This document shows positions 39,560 to 53,696 of a stretch of DNA of 64,000 nt, piece by piece (position 1 is the first letter of the stretch; each line of letters starts with the position of its first letter). This stretch comes from Octopus sinensis (taxonomy: Eukaryota): assembly GCF_006345805.1 (NCBI RefSeq), contig NC_042999.1:25048001-25112000 (forward strand), written 5' to 3'. The translations under genes and the position numbers were made by a program. The notes beneath the pieces are model-generated. The model ran no database searches. It saw nothing but the letters and a program-made list of their open reading frames with translations, and was not told the DNA's origin.

Positions 39560-41500
39560 GATAGACTTTTCTGGTTATCAATTTGACTCATCTTTGACTC
39601 TTTCCGACTATATAGCCATGCATGGCCTTCTGCTGATAAGCCTATAACTTTTCTTCTGACGACCTGTTGTAGAATCGACCAACTTCTCTGGATGTATATT
39701 CCTAGTCATCAGTCAAGGAATACTTACTGAGAGGCTCCATTCCAACTCAGATCATTCCATTTGTCTCACGTATGCAGACTTAATCCAAAGGTGGACTTTG
39801 TTCCATGGTGGTTAATAGATGTTGCCGAAGTCATCTTATATAACACTCAGTGGCTCTTTGATCGATGTTAAGCCTCTGCCTAGTTGTTTTTGTTTTCAAT
39901 AGAGGCAGTCCATATCACGTGATATAAAAATTGCTAAATAATTTTCGCATTTTAACCTTTGTAGCCTAGCTATCATCTATAACATCCAAATCGAGTAGCT
40001 TAAATGTTAGTTTAAATACTGGTACAACAAATACACCGCACGTAATTGAATTTCTCTACGCAAAACTTTCTGACGTTTGTATTTCATTTATAATAAACCT
40101 CCGAACGAGGTATAAACAGTAACTGCACGACAATGTGAGGTATACTTGCCATCTCAATATGGCTAACCACTAAGGGTGGGTGTTACTGTAGCTTGTAGCC
40201 CCAGGAGAACATCGTCTCCAGCTGGCTTTAGGCACACTTTCTGTGCTCTTATGGTATTTGCAAAGGGAAGTCTTTGCAAATACCATAAGGGCACAGAAAG
40301 TGTGCCTAAAGCCAGCTGGAGACGATGTTCTCCTGGGGCTACAAGCTACAGTAACACCCACCCTTAGTGGTTAGCCATATTGAGATGGCAAGTATACCTC
40401 ACATATTTTATTTATCCATGCGATATATTCACTGGTTACGCAATCTGTGTTTCGAATTATATCACAGGATATATTTTCATCGATACCAATGTACCTGTAG
40501 CGTTCCCCCTTAGATATCGAGGAAATAGAACACTGACAGAGGTATTACTAGATTGGCGGATTGTTCTTCCTCTTTTTGCAAGTGAGGTAAGAACATTTAC
40601 CCAGACCCAATTGCATCTCTTTATAATCTGTGAAGAACAATTCTCCGATCTTCCACATGAAGCAATGTGTTATGTTCCTACATTCTGTGAGTCAACCACG
40701 TTGTCTTAAGGTATTCTCGACAAAAAGAACCGGTTTTATTGAAAGTATAAACAACGTCACAAAGAGACTGTCTGTCTCTTTGAACTATACTGTCTACCGG
40801 TGAATCATGGACAATAAAACCACTTCTTATATTTAACCTGTATTTAACTCCAGGTTAATTACAGGTTGTCTGTAATGTCGCTTATGATATCTGGAACGTC
40901 AAAGGTTTCCCCCACAAGTGGAAAACAGAATAAAATGATCTATTCAATTTTGACCAGGCTCGTTCTATGCCACAGCACCTTTGATACCACAAAGCTGCTT
41001 TTCAGCTGTTAGTTATGATAATATTGTTACTAGCACAGTTTTCCAAGAGAACAGGTTCAGCCAGGCTGTATACATTTCATATACGAAATTCTGAAAAGCA
41101 GTTAGCTTTTGGAAAGTTTTTTTGCCTTGTGCGTATATTGGTATACCAGTATCCGATAATCAAGCATCTTCCTGGTGCTTTTCTATAGTGAAGTTTTTGA
41201 ATGATAGTCTCAAAGGTATCACCATTGCTGTTGTATGCTTTTGATGCAATTCAGGACAAAACTTTTCTTTTAGAAGTTTTTTGGACACACTGCGTTCTGG
41301 TTAAATTTTTATTACTCACTCCAGATTTTTCTCCAAAACGAATCTATATCTTTCTGAAGGAAAGAAACTTCATTCAAGAAGAAGGAACTTTCGTGACATT
41401 TATTGATTGTCTTTCATGTCTCCGTAAAACACGAGTCGGCTTCGATTCAATTTCATGTTTATTTGATCTTTTTTTATGCAGCTATATTTATTTTGTTTCA
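39560..41500 (-). mobile_element. Heavily decayed R4/Dong-like LINE (RT region)
   Basis: QKLHYRKAPGRCLIIGYWY and DCLY..LGRGLTSIK pieces match the 47-50 kb copy; boundaries approximate. Confidence 0.55.
40133..40404. repeat. 272-bp near-perfect palindrome
   Basis: 133-bp arms (40133-40265, 40272-40404), 6-nt loop GGAAGT, one mismatch (T40247/G40290). Confidence 0.95.
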
Positions 41501-42099
41501 GAGTTTTACACTGACAACTTTTAACACTGACAGTGATTTATACTCAAATATTCTCTGTTTTAAAAAATAAAGCAGAATTTTTTTTCTAGTTTCACTTTCT
41601 CTGGCTGTGGTGAATATAGATATTTGTATGTTTACATATGATAACCATCGCCACATTACCGACAGTCTTCTGTAGGCCTACGATCTATTCTCCACTTTCC
41701 AAATCTACGATGGAATTTTCTTATTGTTCTATTTTTGCGTACTTCTCTAAAATTCTCAGCTGTAGCGAATTTGCAAAAAAGTAGAAACATCACACTATTG
41801 TAAGGATTCACCTCAGATTTCTTTATTCACTGCTAATAGCAATTCAGTGATCTACTAGCAATGTTAGTCAAATGTAGTCTTTCTTTTAGCAGAAGTTATT
41901 AAGAGAAAATAGTCTTTTCTTGAAGCATTTCACTAATGATATCTTTCAATTGTTTACACATTTCACTCTTTCAGAATGTAGTATAGTTTGTTGTAGTCAT
42001 TCCTACATTCAATGAGATTATGTTATACATGGTCAGGCTGACTGCGAGGTAACCTAACGGCAGCTGGTATGCATTCGTTTCTCACAAGCCACTCTCTCT

Positions 42100-42502
42100 T
42101 TCTCTTTTACTTGTTTCAGTCATTTGACTGCAGCCATGCTGGAGCACCGCCTTTAGTCGAGCAACTCGACCCCGGGACTTATTCTTTTGTAAGCCCAATA
42201 CTTATTCTATCGGTCTCCTTTGCCGAACCGCTAAGTAACAGGTACATAAACACACCAGCATCGGTTGTCAAGCAATGCTAGGGGGACAAACACAGACACA
42301 CAAACACACACACGCATACATATACATACATATATACGACGGGCTTCTTTCAGTTTCCGCCTACCAAATCCACTCACAAGGCTTTTTGGTCGGCCCGAGG
42401 CTATAGTAGAAGACACTTGTCCAAGGTGCCACGCAGTGGGACTTGAACCCGGAACCATGTGGCTGGTAAACAAGCTACTTACCACACAGCCACTCCTGCG
42501 CC
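42100..42502 (-). mobile_element. SINE family A
   Basis: Reverse complement of family A. Confidence 0.9.
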
Positions 42503-43112
42503 ACTGTCACTATAAAATTTAAAGTGCAGTTACTTTTACATTAATTACATTTTTAAAATCTAGTACCAAACAAGATTTGAAATATATGGAAGCACAAACT
42601 GATGGTGGATCTTCCAGATCATCTGTGGCAAAGATATTCCACCGCTTCCGTATTTTCATCGTTTGTGAGAGCATAAAGGTTTAATGTTAGAATGTTTTGG
42701 TTGCTTGCACGGCTGTGACCAACTTTGAAGTTCTGTCGGTGTCTACATACTGGAGTCTTGGCTTTGCCGTACTGGTGTGTCTGAAATATATCAAAAGGAA
42801 AATAGAAAGAGAATACAAATGTGGTCGGCAGCGAATTGAGGGCAGGTATGTAGTGTATATCCGTGTGTGTATGTGTGTGCGAATATATTTGTATATGTAT
42901 ATGTGAGTGTATACATACATAATACATACATACATACATACATGCATACATACATACATACATAATACATACATACATACATACATGCATACATACATAC
43001 ATACATACATACATACATACATACATGCATACATACATACATACATAATACATACATACATACATACATGCATACATACATACATACATACATACATACA
43101 TACATACATGCA

Positions 43113-43145
<33 letters not shown>

Positions 43146-43150
43146 TTATG

Positions 43151-43630
43151 CATCGGCGACTAAACCGGCAACCCCACCAAGCTTGCTTGGTGAGGAGGGT
43201 GTTTATTGGTCACCCTGCGGGATGAAAAATAAAACCTTTCAAAGGGCGAAGGAAGTCTTGAGAGTCAACGGCCATCTTAAAGCTGTATCATGCGCTGGGA
43301 CATAGAAATAATCGGATTGAATACCCGATCGCACAGTTAAACCATTGGGAGTGAAGGACTCCTAGCCTTTGTCAGGGCATCCTTCGAGGAGAAGGCAACT
43401 CAGGTAACTGGGATAACTCCGACGTAAAACCTGCGGCTCAGTGGTTACCGATGATGTTGACTTGTTCTTCTTTTCGGATTATGGCTGCTGTTGCTTTGTG
43501 AGTGGGATTGATTCAGTGCACAGCCTTTCCTCACTTAAAAAAATATCTTCTTGCACAGGCATTGCACGATAACAACATTGATTAAGCTTCGTGCAATGGC
43601 CATACTCGATAACGAGGGGGCAGCCACCAT
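43151..43630 (+). mobile_element. Family R, long form (RTE 5'UTR-like)
   Basis: Shares the first 160 bp with the short forms, then cctagcctttgtcagggcatccttcgaggagaaggcaactc..aaaacc; (TATG)n tail. Confidence 0.65.
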
Positions 43631-44040
43631 GTATGTATGTATGTATGTATGAATGTATGTATGTATGTATGTATGTATGTATGTATGTATGTATGTATGT
43701 ATGTATGTGTGTATGTATGTATGTATGTATGAATGTATGTATGTATGTATGTATGTAGTATGTATGTATGTATGTATGTATGTATATATGCGTGTGTATG
43801 TATGCGTGCGTGCGTGTGTATGTGTGTGTGTGTGTATGTCTGTGCGCTCGAAATGTGGAGTAGATAAACAGCCGACAACTGATGAAGGGTCGTACTTTAT
43901 GTTACTTGTCTTGTTTTCCATCGTTGTTAGCAAAAAGTGCTTGTCTTCGTATGTCATGTTGTTTACGTTTTCCGACGTCCTGTACCCATATATGCATATA
44001 TGCATATATATACATACACACACACACACGCACACACACA

Positions 44041-44138
<98 letters not shown>

Positions 44139-44150
44139 TCATCATCATCA

Positions 44151-44445
44151 TCATGTGACCGACCAGGCTATCAGATGTTGCTACGTATCGCTGGTCACAA
44201 TGGGCTTCGCATTGTTTTAGCCTTCAAATGATGCCACCCCGCTGGCTAAGCAAGCAGGCCAACAGAAGAAAGAGTGGGAGAAAGAATGGTGAAAGAGTAC
44301 AGCAGGGATCACCACCCCATGCCGGAGCTTCGTGGAGCTTTTAGGTGTTTTCGCTCAATAAACACTCACAACGCCCGGTCTGGGAATCGAAACCGCGATC
44401 CTACGACTGCGAGTCCGCTGCCCTAACCACTGGGCCATTGCGCCT

Positions 44446-44447
<2 letters not shown>
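44151..44447 (-). mobile_element. SINE family C
   Basis: Reverse complement of the 27109 copy. Confidence 0.9.
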
Positions 44448-44492
<45 letters not shown>

Positions 44493-44591
44493 ATGTATAT
44501 ATATATATTAGCATGTACATATATGTCTATATATATATATATATTCTATTTATGTTATTATATAATTGAACCCCACGCTTCCATTTCCAAG

Positions 44592-44623
<32 letters not shown>

Positions 44624-44653
44624 TGTATGTATGTATGTATGTATGCATACATG

Positions 44654-44743
<90 letters not shown>

Positions 44744-44773
44744 CTATCTATCTATCTATCTACCTATCTATCT

Positions 44774-44810
<37 letters not shown>

Positions 44811-44888
44811 ATCTATCTATCTATCTACTATCTATCTATCTACCTATCTATCTATCTATCTACCTATCTATCTATCTATCTATCTATC

Positions 44889-44920
<32 letters not shown>

Positions 44921-44965
44921 CCTATCTATCTATCTATCTACCTATGTATCTATCTATCTATCTCG

Positions 44966-45027
<62 letters not shown>

Positions 45028-45438
45028 CATACAAATACACTCACACATGCATACACGCAGTCTATATTCTTTACCTTAAAGCTTATTTCAATTCTTATTC
45101 GTTGAAATTACTTACTAAGAAAGGTTTCTTCGTTTAAGTCAAGACACTGAACATGTGTGGCTGTGTGTATGTGGGTGAATTTACGTGGGTGTACAGCGGA
45201 TGTACTTGATTTAATGTGATAGGTGTACATGTGTTTTCAGTATAGAGGTGCGTGATTTTTATTGCATGTGTTTCAATGATATATACGCACATGTAATGGT
45301 ATATAGATGTTTTTTTTCTGGAAAATTCAAGTGGAGAATTTTTGGAATGGTTTATATATCATGATTGTAGCACTAATTGATTGGATCTAGAGGTTGTCAG
45401 TCAGTCTTCAAGGTATGTATGTATATATGTACATTTAT

Positions 45439-45518
<80 letters not shown>

Positions 45519-45619
45519 GTATGTATGTGTGTGTGTATGTGTGTGTATATATACACGTTTGTGTGTGTGTGTGTATGTATGTATGTATGCATGTATACAT
45601 GTGTGTGTATGTATGTTCT

Positions 45620-47065
45620 GAAACTGGGAATTTCAAATTCCTCACCAACAGTAAAATCGCTTTCTTTGGAATTTAGACATCTGCTAGATAGTCTTGTATA
45701 TATATATATATTTTTTCCCTATTTTATTCTTTAATTTCTCACGGATTAAGAAAAACCGCATTTCTAGCCTAGAAAAATTAGGAACTTTCTCGGAATAGGG
45801 ATAGCATATATACATATGTACGTTCACACGCACTCATTTGGATTTTATTACATACGTAATTTCTTGAACGTTTTACATATTTTTACGGTGACTTTGTAAC
45901 TTTAAACTTATAATTAGGCGTATGTTTCGTATGTATGCATGAATATATGTATGTTGGTGTGTGTATATGTACGTGTGTATGTTTATTTGTGTATCGGTAT
46001 TAGCACACATATTTGTGCGTGCAAGCACGTGTGTCATTACATGTGTGGATATATCTCGATATATATGTGTGTGCATACATACATATGTTAGCATGTCTAG
46101 CTATGTGTAAGTGCTCCTATACTAGGATAAACTTTTGGGGTTGTGTTACATATGGACACAATGCTATCAATGGGCTTGATATTGTAGTTTCCTAATTAGC
46201 TAATTAGCTGTATTCGTTCTGGTTTTGAGAAATAAAGTTTCCCAAGGTAGGTGCCGAGGTAGGTAGTAACATAGCCACATTGTTCAGTCGTTATAGGTAT
46301 AAATCTAAAGGCCATAGTTCGAGCGGAGAATCTGAAGACTTCTCATTAATTTCACTTAATTGTCTCCTTTTTCACTAATCTTTAAATTTATGATAGCATC
46401 TACTAACCAAATAGTGTCCCTACTGTGCAAAGATTCTTTACCCTGTCCAAAGACATTATGCCAGATACGTTAGTGTTGCGTTTTACCGAGATCCTGTCAG
46501 GAACATGCCCTCTTTCATCTTATGTGTGCTTATGCTGTCCACATCCCTGTAGCTTTTTATATTTTAACTTCAAGACATTCCTTTCTGGGCATTGTTTTGC
46601 ACATTATTTGGTCCATAACATCATAACGTTTTCAGACAGATGGTATTGATATGGCTGACATCTTTGCTGTTAATTCCATAGAATCTGCATCATTTGTTGA
46701 CATCTAAATGTTTTGCCTTTGTGCAACAAATACATAGTTTATTTTCCTGTTTCTGAATTGCAAAAGCACCCTGAGGGGTTGGAACTTTAGTTATCAACAT
46801 TGTTTTTTTACATTGAAGATGTTCGACAAAGTAGCTTTGTATGTTCTTCGTTGCATTAAAATTCATCAACATCTTTAAGTTGCATCCCTGGTCCTCTTTC
46901 CGGTAATGTTTCCCCCAGGAGCTCATTTCCGATTCTCCTCATGTTGTCTACCTCTAGTATCGATACTTGATCTATAGGCACAGACGTTTGGCGGTTTGCA
47001 GATATTGTTAGAGCGATGTGGTGCGACATTAAATGCTGTTTGAACCCGTTTACTTGTAAATAAGT
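45620..47065 (-). mobile_element. Decayed R4/Dong-like LINE, 5'-truncated
   Basis: FKQHLMSHH..DNMRRIGNELL, FAIQKQE and 3' GKLYFSKPE pieces; boundaries approximate. Confidence 0.6.
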
Positions 47066-47177
47066 ATGCGTATGTCTGAGTGTATGCATGTGTATGTATG
47101 TGTGTATATGTTATAGAAATACGTGCGTACCTATATGCATGCATGAATGTATGTATGTATATATGTATGTATATCAC

Positions 47178-50100
47178 TTCTAATTTTTAATTATTATAAA
47201 TCTTCCACTGAAGAGGTAGCCGGTTTCCAACAAAAATACAAGGCTCCATCTTTGGGATGTAGTTAACACAGACAAATTCACATTTAGAACTTGAGAAAGG
47301 TCTTTCATATTTTTACTGTTCCACTCACACACAGGCGCTCAATTTCTCTTTCTGAAAATAAATCATCATTGTAGCACTAATTCTCCCTTAAGCATTTACT
47401 AACAAGACCTAGTGCTCCAATTATTATTGGTATCAATGTGTATTTATAGTCCGGATATAGAAGCTGGAGGTTTTGAAGCAGTTGAAAGAGATATTTATAT
47501 TTGCTTGGCAGCTAACCTCTATGATGGTATATACCTTTGCCCTCCTGTCCCAAACAACACTATCTGGCCTGTTATGCTTATATTTGACAGAAGTTTTGAT
47601 GGGAATTTTCCACCAGTATTCCTTAAGTTGGTGTTTATGAATTTATTCCATAACAGAGGGATTTTCTAAATTTATTTCAGGACAGTCTTTTTTGCAGATT
47701 GTAAATTGTTTTACTGCCTGCCGCATAGGGAGGTAGTACCGTGACAACATTTTAGGACAGGTGCTAATCACATGCGTAATGTCTTCAACAGAAACATGAC
47801 ATAGCCTACATATGCAGTTGCACCTTGGGAATACAAGAGCATCATAGTCTCTCTTATTCACCATGTATTTTGTGGCAATCTCCTGTTCCTGGATCGCAAA
47901 CACATAGCCTTCAAAGTGTAATGTCATGTAGTAGTCTTGTGTCCAAGAGAGGCTGCGCTTCGTGTCAATTCTACTGTCTTCTTCAAGCTGCCGGGCAACA
48001 TACCCATGCATGTTCTCTTTTTTGTATGGTAAGTGCTTTTCATCCAGGTCTTCTCTGAGGTAAGGGAGCCCAGCTATTTTGGGGCTGTATAGGAGATCAT
48101 CAGGAAGAAAGAGTTTTTTGAGGACTTCACTGCCAACTAGTACAATGTTGCTCCCTTCCCTTTTCAGTACTCCATTAATATATTTTTGCTGCTGTTGCTT
48201 AGCAGGTGCTGCCTAAGTGATACCATATGGCATTCGAAGGTCGTCTGCACTGATCTCAGGCCTCTACCACTTTCATTTCTTCTTAGGTAGAGCCTATCAA
48301 CATCTCTGTTTCTGTGGAAGTTCCCAGTTGTTGTCAGGATTTTGCGGGTTTTGATATCTATGTAGTGGATTTCCTCTGCGGACCAATCAAGTATCCAAAA
48401 TGTTGGGATCGGCACTGGTACTGCAAATACATTGTAGGATATTGTTTTGTTGTAAGAGGAAAGTTCAGACTGCCATATTTTCCTAAGCTCGATGTAATAT
48501 TCTCGGGTCACTCTATCTTTATTCACAGTGCCTTCATTTTCGTCTATGCCTAGGTACTTGTAACATTCTTTGTGTGGAATTGAGGAGATAGAAAAACATG
48601 TTTTGAATTTGGGGGAGTGACTCTCCTCGTTCTATAACCAAATATGAACATTTCTTCTGGCCAAATTCCATGCATATATCAGCTGAAAATGTTATTAATT
48701 CCAGTTGGTTTTGGCATTGTTAACACTTTTAGCATAAATCCTCAGGTTGTCTACAGAGAAATTATGAGTTAGATTGATATTTCTGGCAGTTGACGATCCT
48801 AACATGTAACCATTTGTTTTCTGCGGGAGGAACGATAATGAATTCAGTGCCAAAACGAAGAGAAGTACAGAAAGACTATCATCCTGGAATATATCCTTTG
48901 TAATGCCAATACTATTAGAAACAATTATTCTGTTCTCAGCTGTAAGGTTAAGAATAGTTGCCCATTTCTTTGTGAGTCTCTCTATAGCAGCAATTAGAGT
49001 GGTAGGCGCTTCAACAGCCATGAGTGATGGATAGAATCAAATGCCTTCTTACTGTCACAAGGTTTCTGCGTTGTTTTCTTACTTCAGACAATTGTTCAGC
49101 ACATCCTCACACTCCCTTATCTCCACCAGCCTGTTTATCAGTCACAATGTTGTTCGACTCACAATGGTCCTGGAAGAATTGATTGAGACAACTTGTGTAC
49201 AATTTGTACATAAAGTTTAGGCAAGCAATGGTCCTATAGTTTCCTGCCATTTCGGTGATTTAATTTTTGGCAACAAGATTTGTCCTTGCTGTAATAAGCC
49301 AATGTGGTGTATCAGTCTAACCTTCCATATTCCCTTTGAACAAACATATCAGTTGGTTTCTATAAAATGTCAGCTTCTCGTAGCAATATCCAACTATTAG
49401 GTTCCATCCAGGTACCTTCCCATTCTGCAGTTTACCTACTGCTATAGCGAAGGTTCCTGCATCTATTTTGTATGTTTTACTGTTAGTGTTGGTACAGTAT
49501 TCTCTCTCAACTGTATTTAACCATGATGTATCCATGTTGAAGTCCCTCTTTTCGTTCCAATTTTTTGATCAGAATAATTGCAGATCTTCTTGGGAGGAAG
49601 CTTACTTAATGGTAATATTTCCCATCCCCATCTCTCTGCGTAATGCTTGTGTCAGCCTAATTTGTAGACACACTCGAATTTAGCAATGGCGGGAGTGGTG
49701 GTTTGTTTACATTATTTTTTACGCCGCTTCTGGCAGATTTTGACTAATATTCAGTGTTTTGAGAAGATTGAGGACCAGTTGATTTTTTTTTGTTTTACAA
49801 AAGATGCTTGCTGTCGAAGTTGCTTCGCCGTGAAGGTATTTAAGTTGGGATGAACTTCGTCCAAGTATTGCTTTAACCGCTTCATGTATCTAATTGAAGG
49901 GTCATCTCGGGCTTTTTCATAGCACCGAAGTAAATATTGGTTTAGTTGTTGAGTCCAAGTAAAATGAGAAGAGTAATAACGTCTTCTTAAATAACTTACT
50001 GGTGAAGTAGTTCTGTTTTCATCGGTGGTGACGTTGTTAGTTTCCGCCATAATCATGTTAGCGGGTTTCCACGTGGCGTAGCTGTATGTTTTAAAATCTG

Positions 50101-50180
50101 TTCGGAATAACGCTACGATGGCGAGTAAAAGGTGTTTCTCTTATTAATCGTTGGAGAAATAAACCAGGGTTTTTTTGTAT
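47178..50180 (-). mobile_element. R4/Dong-like RLE non-LTR retrotransposon, both ends present, decayed
   Basis: N-terminus (49751-50056), RT (IFQDDSLSVLLFVLAL..THNFSVDNLRIY), CCHC CRLCHVSVEDITHVISTC, RLE region; (TATG)-like arrays on both sides. Confidence 0.88.
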
Positions 50181-50344
50181 GTATATATGTATGTAGGTAG
50201 TTATGTATGTAGTTATGTATGTATGTATGTATCTATGAATTTATGTATGAATGTATGCATGTATGTGTGAGTGCATGTATGTATGTGCAAATTTGTATGT
50301 TTTATGTATGTCTTCTCATGCATATTGTTACATATCTAGACATG

Positions 50345-51555
50345 CTGATATATATTTAAATGGTAAACTTCTGGAAAACAGATTTTTACAGTTCCAGTGA
50401 TGGATTGGTTCTATAGTCTTCGAATTAGCTTTCTCCTTTCTGGTTTTGAGAAGCCTAATTTCTCAAGATTGATATTTAGGCAATGTATTACATATCCCAA
50501 GGCCCCAATAATTAAAGGTATAAACTGAACTTGTAATCAGCTAGAGTAATTGCAGATTTCTCAATAGTTCAGCATAGGTGTTCTTTTTTCATTGATCTTC
50601 AGCTTGATGTTAACATCCGCAGGGCAGCTAATTTCCACACCTGTGCACAGTTTCTCTTCTCTATCCCAAATCACTATATCAGGTCTGTTGTGCTCACATT
50701 TTATTGAGGTCTTCACTGGTACATTCCACCAGTATTCCTTACTGGAGGAATGTACCAGTGAAGACCTGGTACATTCCACCAGTATTCCTTTTTATTATGA
50801 GTGGCTATGGCTTCTACCATATTGTGGGGTTTTATTTCTTTGTCCTCGGGATTATCCTTCCGACGGATTTCATTATAGAGTGTCCTAACTACAACAGCAT
50901 GTCTCATCGGTAGATAATATCGCGATCACATTTTCGGACAACTGCTTATGATGCGGGTGATATCTTCGGTGTTAACCTCACAAAGTCTGCATCGGTTGTT
51001 ACATTTTACTACATTTCCCGCATCTCTATCCTTTTGGTGAATCAGGTATTTGGTTGATATTACCTGTTACTGGATTGCAACAAGCATACCCTTCAAAGCG
51101 TGAGGTAGTAATCCGGTCATTCGTCCATAATAGACTGCTTTGATGACCGATGTTACTATCATCTCGCAGCTTTCTACTAACATATGCATGCAAAGACTTC
51201 TGCTCATATAAGCTCATCCTTCCATCTGATGGTATGTTGCGGTAGAGTTGTGCGACTTCTTTGGTCATGCATTCTAGGTTATCAGCCAAGGGATGTGGCT
51301 CAAGGATCTGCCTTCAAAGTCTTATGATGTTCTCAGCCTCAGGCATGCAAACTTAGTCGAGGGATGCACTTCAACGTTGGTGGTTAAAAGATGTTGCCGA
51401 AAGGATATGATGCGACATTCAAAGGCATTTTGGATCGATGTTAAGCTTCTGTTGCTTTCTTTACGTTTTAGGTAGAGGTTGTCTACGCCCCCGTGTATGT
51501 GGAAATTACGTGCGCGTGTTAGTATTTTTCGGGTATTCACATCAATGTCTCAGAT
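50345..51555 (-). mobile_element. R4/Dong-like LINE, 5'-truncated
   Basis: TRKILTRARNFH..DNLYLKRKE, ITTSRFEGYACC, EYWWNVPVKTSIKCEHNRPDIVIWDREEKLCTGVEISCP (PD..E-type RLE). Confidence 0.85.
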
Positions 51556-53036
51556 CTCATCATATATGTATGTTTGTAGGTAGGTAGGTAGGTACGAATG
51601 TACGTATGTATGTATGTATGTATGTATGTATGTATGTATGTATGTATGTATGTATGTATGTATGTATGTATGTATGCATGCATGCATGTATGTATGTATG
51701 TATGTATGTATGTATGCATGTATGTTTGTATGTATATAAGAATGTATGTATGTAAGTATGTATGTATGTGTGCATGCATGTATGTATGTATGTACGTATG
51801 GATGGACGGAAGACCTTGCTTATTTTTCAAATTTATTACCAGTAGAGGATTAGCTATTCTTTAACTCAGAAGCAAAGTCTCAGCATTGTAATTTAGAGCC
51901 CGTACCTAGGTACTCATGCTTGTATGAATGCATGTATGTTGTATGTATGTATGTATGAATGTATGCATGTATGTATGTATGTATGTATGTATGTATGTAT
52001 GTTGTATGTATATATGAATGTATGCATGTATGTATGTATGTTGTATGTATGTATGTATGTATGTATGTTGTATGTATATATGAATGTATGCATGTATGTA
52101 TGTATGTATGTATGTGTGTTGTATGTATATATGAATGTATGCATGCATGTATGTATGTATGTATGTATGTATGTATGTATCTGCGTATGTATGTATATAT
52201 ATAATATATATGTATGTATATATGTATGTGCGTGTGTGTATGTATGTATGTAAGTATGCATGTATGTGTGTGTATGTATGTATGCATGCATGCTTATATG
52301 TATGCATGTATGTATGTATTATGTATGTATCTGTTCATATATTTATTTATATGCATATGGTTGTTTCCGTGAATCTGTAGATTTTCATGCATTTTATGCA
52401 TGTATGGATTCATGCATGCATGTGTACTCTATGAATACAGGTATACCTGTATACACACACTCGAGGTATTTTTAATAAACACATTTTTGTCAACCTTAAG
52501 GGTAAGAGAGACCTAACAAGATCAATGATAACTCACTGCTGCTAATATCTTTTCTATTTCTGGAGATAATTCAAAATGTCAGAATGTCAATATTTGTCTT
52601 GTTAAAGTATTTCTCATTTAATTTCATTATCTCTCAAATCCACCAAAAGTAAATTTTATTATCTCTCAAGGATAGAACACCCTAATAAAGATAGAAAACA
52701 ACAACAACAACAACAACTGTAACATCAACAAGAACAGAAGCAATATACGCCAGAAGATGCAAAATGCATTAAGGCTGTCGTTTTCTTTACTTTAGCGATA
52801 AAGAATCCGTAGAACAATTAGCAGGTGCGCTGAGAAATGGAGAGGAAATAATTCATTTGTTATGTTGTGACCATTCTTCTTTTTTCTTTGAAAATAGAAT
52901 ATGAGAAAAGAAAAACTATTAATAATGTTGGTTATATAAGGGTAAAAAATATGAATAAATAAAAATCTGAATTAGTTTAGTTAAAATATAATTATTAAGA
53001 TAACCTGCAATCGCTAGGGTATATACATACATATAT

Positions 53037-53087
<51 letters not shown>

Positions 53088-53154
53088 TCTATATCTATGT
53101 ATCTATATATATGTAATGTATGTATGTATATATCTATGTATGTGTGCATGCACG

Positions 53155-53196
<42 letters not shown>

Positions 53197-53431
53197 TCAC
53201 ACATATATATATATATGTCTCGCATTTTAAATGGCGGTACCCCAGCATGGCCACAGCTCGTGAGCTGAAACTAGATAAAATAAAAAATAAATAAATAAAA
53301 TATATATATATATATACGACAGTGCATCAGCATGGCCGCAGCTCTGAGCTGAAACTAGAGGAAAACAAATACATATATATATGTATGTATATATATGTAA
53401 TGTATGTAGATATCTATGTATGTGTGCATGC

Positions 53432-53476
<45 letters not shown>

Positions 53477-53696
53477 ACTGTTTGTATGTCTGTACGTGTG
53501 CATGCATGCGCGTGTGTATTCATGTTTATATGTTTGTGTATGCATTTAAGTATACGTGTGTATGTGTGTATGTACGACTATATGCATATCTGTGCGTGCT
53601 TATGCTTATGCATATATGTATAGAATATAATATTGATGTATAAATATGCGTGTCTGTGTTTGTACAAGAATATATGTACGTATGTATATACATATA

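Noticed and set aside
40170-40367. Mirror-image 63-aa ORFs on both strands
   Set aside because: An automatic consequence of the palindrome; no recognisable protein.
43879-43990. CTGATGA core-like motifs here and near 11686, 39708 and 61478
   Set aside because: No stem II followed by GAAA and no stem I complement; not called hammerheads.
51940-52180. Higher-order periodicity within a (TATG)n array
   Set aside because: Ordinary slippage-derived substructure of a microsatellite.
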